DNA of 41,275 nucleotides, from assembly GCA_023231475.1 (NCBI GenBank), contig JALJEE010002539.1, positions 62,001 through 103,275 of the forward strand. Reading direction: 5' to 3'. Positions 35,622 to 41,275 of this stretch are shown in pieces. Source of the DNA: Seison nebaliae (Eukaryota). A program made the position numbers and the translations under genes. Every line of letters starts with the position of its first letter. The stretch's first letter is position 1. The notes below the pieces were generated by a model. That model saw nothing but the letters and a program-made list of their open reading frames with translations. It did not search any database and was not told where the DNA came from.

Positions 35622-37847
35622 TTATCGATTCATTTGTGATCTCGCTGTAATTTGTTGGATACGTTTTGGTTGGAATTTCGTCCATTCGACAACGGCGTCA
35701 TATACTTCTCTCATCTGTTCTTTCGCCGTCGGTATACATTCCAGATAAGTTTTGATGTAATTGTGAATATCGTACGCCGTTTTACAATTCATCAATTTCT
35801 GTTCTATTTCTGGTGCGACGGCTTTCCAATAGAAACGAGCGAGATAGAAATATGCCATGACGAGACTCTTTTCTTCTTCTGGTGGGAAACCGTTATTCGA
35901 ATCATAATTCAAATAAAATGATGTGCATTTCTTATTCGTCTTTTTTCGATGGCTGCCGATGAATTCGCGAAGAATAAGAATTCCTTTTGTGCAAATTTCA
36001 TTAATTTTCATCGAAATGGTCATGAGATCGTCGACGGAACTCTTATCGAGTTGCGGCAACAATCCGTCTAATACCATACTGCACACTTCGGCGATGAGGA
36101 ACCATAATTCTCGTTTGAGTGAGAGATAATGTTGTGAATTCAATTCTTTTACTAACGGTTCCAATAATTGGAAATTGCTCATTAATAATTTACAATTATT
36201 CTCATCATTATCGCGAGCGAAAAACAAATATGAATTGACGAGAGTCACTAATTGAATATTCAATTCAACATAATCAACACAATATTCTTCCCACTTATAA
36301 TATTCTTTCGCTTTATTTATACATTCTTTTCCTTTCAAGAACATCTGATAAACTGGTTCATTTTTCATCAATTTCTTCGGGAATGATTCATTTTCACATC
36401 GACCAATGTCTACCTCCTCTCCTTTCTCGTTTGTTATTGTGAATATAATTCGTCTCGTTTCATCGAATGGTTCGAACAGAAATGGACCTTTCTCCATCAC
36501 TGTCTCTTCAATCCGTTTCTTCGATAATTGGAGAAGTATCGTTACATATGTTCCCCATGTTCTCGAACATTCACAACTCACACGAAATAATTCGTCTTGA
36601 AATTTCTCAGTGAAATTTCCCGATTTCGTTTTCTCTTTCAATTCGTTCACAGCAAATTGAGCATAAGAGACAGTTGATTGCATGTTAGTCAGATCATCAA
36701 CCGTCGAATAATAAGAGAAGAGGGCGAGAACGTGTGTCGCCCAATCGAGATAAGTTCCATGATCGTTCACATCTAAACTGCGACGTTGTCGTTTCAGACA
36801 TTCACAAACGATTTTTTGCGATTCGTCTCTTTTCTCCAGTTTGGCAAGAATGTCTGATAACATCAATAACAATTTACTATAATCCAATTCGTATTGTGAT
36901 CGATAATCAATGAGATCATTCCTCTCCCATCCAATCAATTGATAAATGGAATTATTTCCTTTCTCAGCCATCTTCTTTTCACTTCGATTCTTCAATGGAT
37001 TCTCGATGAAAATCTCTTTGAACTTCTCTACACAATCAGTGAGGGAATGTTTCTCATTTTCCGTCAGAACGGAAATAACAAGAATTGGTAAATGGAAATA
37101 ATAATCAGGGAGTGGATATGACCATTTATTCTCGTCACTCATATAAATTTGTCGGAATTGAACGATCTTATTACAAATCTCTTCACATTCATTATAACTA
37201 CCAAGCATCAGATATCGATGAGCAATATCGATGAGAAGTGCTTGAAGGAGATTAAGCTCAAGTGAAAATAATTTTATATAATTTTCTCGATCTTTTCCAA
37301 TAAATTTCTTCTTCTCTTCCATCCATCGATTAATATCTCGTTTCCTAAAACGAAAGAGAGTAAGTGCTGAATTAAATGCTTGCATACTATCGCCCACTTC
37401 TTCAGTTATCAAAAGAATACGACCAATTCTCCATTTGAGATATCCCAGAACTATTCGTCGTTCTTGACATTCTAATTCAGAATCTCTCACTTCTCCTTCT
37501 TCTTCTTCTTCTTCCAATTTTTCAGATAATTCGGATTTTCCATTTTCTGGTATTTTTCCGTTCGCTATTTCTTTCTCTTCTTCACTTTTCGAAATATTCT
37601 TTACGATCTCTTCAGTGGGAGAATCTGGTTTGGAGGAATTGTTGAGAACGGTTTGTGTTTTTGGAATATCAATTGATCGTCGACTTCTTTCGAATTGGAC
37701 ATGATTGATATGTTGATATAATTTGAGATATTGTTCCTTCGCTTCATATAAATCTTTATAAGGTTCATTACTTTCCTGATTCTCGTCAGTATCATATTGT
37801 TGCTCCAATTGAACGCAGTGAATGAAACTGTCGACTTTCTTCGCCAT
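35622..37847 (-). CDS. KIFBP: KIF-binding protein (KBP/KIF1BP), TPR-like, single coding exon
   Basis: NEPYKDLYEAKE, CLKRQ, DWATHVLALFSYY, AKEYYKWEEYCVDYVEL, LEPLVKELNSQHYLSLKRELWF and LVMAYFYLARFYWK follow the KBP family pattern. Confidence 0.82.
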   Translation of the reverse strand: MAKKVDSFIHCVQLEQQYDTDENQESNEPYKDLYEAKEQYLKLYQHINHVQFERSRRSIDIPKTQTVLNNSSKPDSPTEEIVKNISKSEEEKEIANGKIPENGKSELSEKLEEEEEEGEVRDSELECQERRIVLGYLKWRIGRILLITEEVGDSMQAFNSALTLFRFRKRDINRWMEEKKKFIGKDRENYIKLFSLELNLLQALLIDIAHRYLMLGSYNECEEICNKIVQFRQIYMSDENKWSYPLPDYYFHLPILVISVLTENEKHSLTDCVEKFKEIFIENPLKNRSEKKMAEKGNNSIYQLIGWERNDLIDYRSQYELDYSKLLLMLSDILAKLEKRDESQKIVCECLKRQRRSLDVNDHGTYLDWATHVLALFSYYSTVDDLTNMQSTVSYAQFAVNELKEKTKSGNFTEKFQDELFRVSCECSRTWGTYVTILLQLSKKRIEETVMEKGPFLFEPFDETRRIIFTITNEKGEEVDIGRCENESFPKKLMKNEPVYQMFLKGKECINKAKEYYKWEEYCVDYVELNIQLVTLVNSYLFFARDNDENNCKLLMSNFQLLEPLVKELNSQHYLSLKRELWFLIAEVCSMVLDGLLPQLDKSSVDDLMTISMKINEICTKGILILREFIGSHRKKTNKKCTSFYLNYDSNNGFPPEEEKSLVMAYFYLARFYWKAVAPEIEQKLMNCKTAYDIHNYIKTYLECIPTAKEQMREVYDAVVEWTKFQPKRIQQITARSQMNR

Positions 37848-37926
37848 TTTTCACCTGAAAAGAAAAATCGATTTCTACAGAAACGAAATAAGAGAGAATG
37901 AAGAGAATGAAATGAAAATTAGATGA

Positions 37927-39168
37927 TTATGGAAGAGCAGTTATTGTTTGTCGTTGTTTAAGCAACATGTAAATTCGAGTTGCTCGATATGAAGCAATAC
38001 CACCAATGATGGTAACGATGATCATGAAATAGAAGAGTCCCGTCCATCCAAACACTGTCGATATATAACCGACGAGTGGTCCTTCGATAATCGTTCCAAT
38101 ACTACCCACACCATTCACCACACCCACAGTGGCAGCACCACAATTGCGCCCATTCATCGAACCCAATTCAGTTGGTATCGGTCCAGCCAAAATGATATCA
38201 GCCGCACAATTCAATAATCCAATAATAGCCATCATGCTGAGATTAGTGACATAACCATTGGTTGATGTGAGATTGAAGAAAAAAAGTGCAACAGCTGAGA
38301 GAAATGTTTGATAAGTAGCTGCTTTCATACCATTTCCTTTGAATAATCGATCGACAGTGACACCGATTAAAAATGTTCCAACAATTCCACCCCATTCGAA
38401 GGAAGTAGAGAAATAACCAGCTTCCTCCATCGAATAATCCAATTGTTGAAAGAAATATATAGGTAGCCACATATAAATGATATATCGAACTGCTTTTAAA
38501 CAAAGAACGGCAATTGCTGTTTCTTTTACACATGGAATATTCCAAATATTCTTCAACGAATACTCATTGGTATTTCCGTCACTTTTCGTATTGATACTAT
38601 GTTGAACGTTGTCGTAAAAAAATACGAAAGAGAGAAACGCACAAGAAATAACGAGAATTGCAGGTACATAATGTGTCATTCGCCAACCGTATTGACTTTG
38701 AATATATGTGGCGATTACAGTCGCTACAATACCACCTAGAAATGGACAAGTGCCAAACATACCGAAAACGAACGACCGATTTTTATCGTTTACCCAAGTG
38801 CCCAAACATTTATTGGCTGTCGGCCATAAAAGAGATTGTGCTGCTCCATTCACAAATAACATGATGATTAATTGGAGATAATTGGTGGAGAGACCGAACG
38901 GTAACATCGATAATCCGGCAATTAACAATCCAAGAGAATATGTCAATTTAGATCCATAACGATCGGCAGAACTGCTGCAAAATATCTGAATGATTGCATA
39001 TGGTAAGAGGAGAGCCGTGTCCAAATATCCCAATTCGGCGTTCGATAATTTGAGATCTGTCTGCAAATTGGGCTTGATGATGCCTAACGGTTTCCTTAAC
39101 AGATACGTCGCCGCATATGATAACCAACCGACAGCGAAAATGGTACATAATCGATAATTGATAATCAT
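37927..39168 (-). CDS. MFS sugar-phosphate exchanger (SLC37/GlpT/UhpC, OPA family), single exon
   Basis: About 12 hydrophobic segments; YAATYLLRKPLGIIK, ADRYG, NGAAQSLLWP, WLPIY, FEWGGIVG and GVVNGVGSIG. Confidence 0.88.
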   Translation of the reverse strand: MIINYRLCTIFAVGWLSYAATYLLRKPLGIIKPNLQTDLKLSNAELGYLDTALLLPYAIIQIFCSSSADRYGSKLTYSLGLLIAGLSMLPFGLSTNYLQLIIMLFVNGAAQSLLWPTANKCLGTWVNDKNRSFVFGMFGTCPFLGGIVATVIATYIQSQYGWRMTHYVPAILVISCAFLSFVFFYDNVQHSINTKSDGNTNEYSLKNIWNIPCVKETAIAVLCLKAVRYIIYMWLPIYFFQQLDYSMEEAGYFSTSFEWGGIVGTFLIGVTVDRLFKGNGMKAATYQTFLSAVALFFFNLTSTNGYVTNLSMMAIIGLLNCAADIILAGPIPTELGSMNGRNCGAATVGVVNGVGSIGTIIEGPLVGYISTVFGWTGLFYFMIIVTIIGGIASYRATRIYMLLKQRQTITALP

Positions 39169-39363
39169 TTTAATAATTTCTTTTCCTTCTTATTCGATCA
39201 TCAGGCAAATGATTCGATGGGGATTTTGTTTTTGAAATTTGAAAAAAAATGGTTTTAAAATAAAATTCCTGTAAAATGTCTTGAATGACCTGTATGGAAT
39301 GAGAAAATGAATCTCTATGAAAATGAAAAAGAAGTTTATTAGAAAATAAGAACGACATCATTA

Positions 39364-39768
39364 TTAAGGAAACATTGATGAATTGCGTTGAAGAGGCGAA
39401 CGCGAATCTTTCAAGTAACCATGACGACGAGTGAAATCTTTATAAATATCTTCAGATGAATGAGAGTGCTGATATTTCCGGAAATATGGTCCGAACATCC
39501 CCTTCATCATTTTACTTTGCGTTCGATTCAGAATGAGAAACTTCTGCAAATCTTCATTTCTCTCCTTCGATTTACTCCACATCTGCCCGTATCGACCAGA
39601 TTGTGGTCGAACGTAAAGATCATTGTCCAACTTCATCATTCGTTTTACGGCCGCCTTCACACACTTTTCCTTTCCTTTGTTCTTACTACAATAGACACGT
39701 GTGCGGACAAATTGCAATTGACTACACTTATACGCTTTCCTCAACAATCCACTTCCAATCATACTCAT
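39364..39768 (-). CDS. MRPL35: Mitochondrial ribosomal protein L35 (bL35m)
   Basis: KGKEKCVKAAVKRMMKL...LYVRPQSG....MWSK...LNRTQSKMMKGM..PYFRK resembles metazoan MRPL35; basic presequence-like N-terminus; first ATG at 39768. Confidence 0.82.
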   Translation of the reverse strand: MSMIGSGLLRKAYKCSQLQFVRTRVYCSKNKGKEKCVKAAVKRMMKLDNDLYVRPQSGRYGQMWSKSKERNEDLQKFLILNRTQSKMMKGMFGPYFRKYQHSHSSEDIYKDFTRRHGYLKDSRSPLQRNSSMFP

Positions 39769-40043
39769 GACGTCAGATAACAATGATAATACTGACTGTA
39801 TGTTACACAGTTAACAGCTAACATCTACTAAGCCAAATATTTAAAAATTATAATTTTTATAAAAAAATTTCAGTCAAATCAATTTTCCTGATTTTCAACA
39901 TCACTACCTTTTAGCAATCCTGTTCTTCTACCAAATCTTACAAGCTGTTAGAGAAAAAAAAGTTCTTTGGAATTTTATTTCTTTAGAATAAAAACAATTC
40001 GAACAGATAATGAAGGAAACATTTTATTGTCGATCTCATCATT

Positions 40044-40313
40044 TTAAAAACAAATAAATTCCAAACATTTAGTCACGCTAAAATCATACCGTCGTAATAA
40101 ACGCTTCGCACAGTTGCTCGTAATTCCCATTGCATGTATCAAATACTTTACATCATCTTCATTATATTTCTGTTCTACCACATTCAATAAACTTGAAACG
40201 GATTCACCCGACGATCCAATTGCACTATCTTCATCTTCGTCAAGTTGTCCAGTACTCTGTTGAAGATTGACGATCGTTGAATGACCGGTATCATGCGCAG
40301 CCTTCTTGTCCAT
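40044..40313 (-). CDS. HYPK: Huntingtin-interacting protein K-like (NAC-type UBA C-terminus)
   Basis: N-terminal AHDTG resembles HYPK KHDSG. C-terminal EDDVKYLIHAMGITSNCAKRLLRRYDFSVTKCL resembles the HYPK UBA. Divergent. Confidence 0.62.
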   Translation of the reverse strand: MDKKAAHDTGHSTIVNLQQSTGQLDEDEDSAIGSSGESVSSLLNVVEQKYNEDDVKYLIHAMGITSNCAKRLLRRYDFSVTKCLEFICF

Positions 40314-40876
40314 TTTCCAAAAGAAAACTTTCTATGATTTGAATGAAGCTCCAAATTTAAATTATAATCGAAACACTTCCTACTCCAAGAAACACAAGAA
40401 ATAATATGTTATAAAATCTCTCTAGTTCATGTGCTAATAAAACTGGAATAAGAAAATAGAAAATAATTTTGTATAGCTAATAAGAGGAAAGTAGTAAATA
40501 ATTCAAATGGAAATGAACAATTTGCAAGAATATTATTAAAGCTTTAACATTTTGTTCCGATCAGAATTGACTCAACTGAAAATTCAGTATTTGAACGGAT
40601 TTGGATTCAATTAGTTATTATATTAGGTTTAGTGTTCAATCGAAATCAAACAAAGAGTGACTTGCCTAAATATTATTTCATTTCTACTCGTATCTTTTGC
40701 ATTCCAAGGTAAATTTTACGAATTATTCGATCAAGCTACTCATATTTTGTATAGTATAATAACTAATCTAATAAGTTATCATATACTCATTACCGATTGT
40801 AATCGTAGCTTATTCCTAAATTAAGTTAACATTTAATTCCGATGAAAGTGATCGTCTTATTTATTTGAAGATCAAG

Positions 40877-41233
40877 ATGTCTTTGCTGTCCTGTATAATA
40901 AAACCCAATTTCCTAGAGAATATAATGAAGGGTTCACTCGATAGAAATATCATTCCTAAATCAATTCGAATTTTGGACGTATCGTGGTCGAGTGATCCGA
41001 AAGTAAATATGAAGGAGGAATTTAAAAAGAAGCATATTCCGAAATCGCAACATTTTGATCTGTTCGCAACGGCGAAGCCTTGTCGCCTTTATCCGAGACC
41101 ATTCCCGCTCGCGACTGATTTCGAATCTTATACCAAATTTCAAATTGGATTGAATCGTGATGATCATGTCGTTGTTTATGATCGTTCGGAATATGGTTTT
41201 CAAACCGCGTCCAAGGCATTCTGGACATTTAAA
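40877..41233 (+). CDS. Thiosulfate/3-mercaptopyruvate sulfurtransferase (rhodanese), first exon; gene continues past the window
   Basis: RILDVSW, EEFKKKHIPKSQHFD, IGLNRDDHVVVYD and ASKAFWTFK form the N-terminal rhodanese domain of TST/MPST. Probable donor GTTCTT at 41234. Confidence 0.85.
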
Positions 41234-41275
41234 GTTCTTTTCTTCTGAATTTCAATCCATCATCAATTTCGATCA

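Overview
AT-rich, gene-dense eukaryotic (metazoan) genomic DNA, not prokaryotic. I can support about 16 protein genes: a secreted Sushi/CCP protein, LENG9-like, IQCA1, EFHD/swiprosin, ORC1, Pol eta, ABCF1, CCDC59/Fyv7-like, NUP50, two tandem caveolins, PAR-6, KIFBP, an SLC37-like MFS transporter, MRPL35, HYPK and a partial TST/MPST. There is also a tRNA-Gln(TTG), a small hAT-type MITE, one non-coding and one coding ~30-bp tandem repeat, and microsatellites. Genes are intronless or carry mostly tiny introns (42-61 nt), which I reconstructed by hand. Two window-wide signals stand out. (1) The splice-site usage is unusual: 12 of 15 inferred donors begin GTT rather than GTR, and 4 of 14 acceptors are AAG. 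(2) Same-strand genes lie only 79-275 nt apart with apparently unpaired 3' splice acceptors upstream of the downstream ATG, suggesting operons resolved by spliced-leader trans-splicing. All gene names come from motif recognition by eye; no database search was run and the species is not identified.
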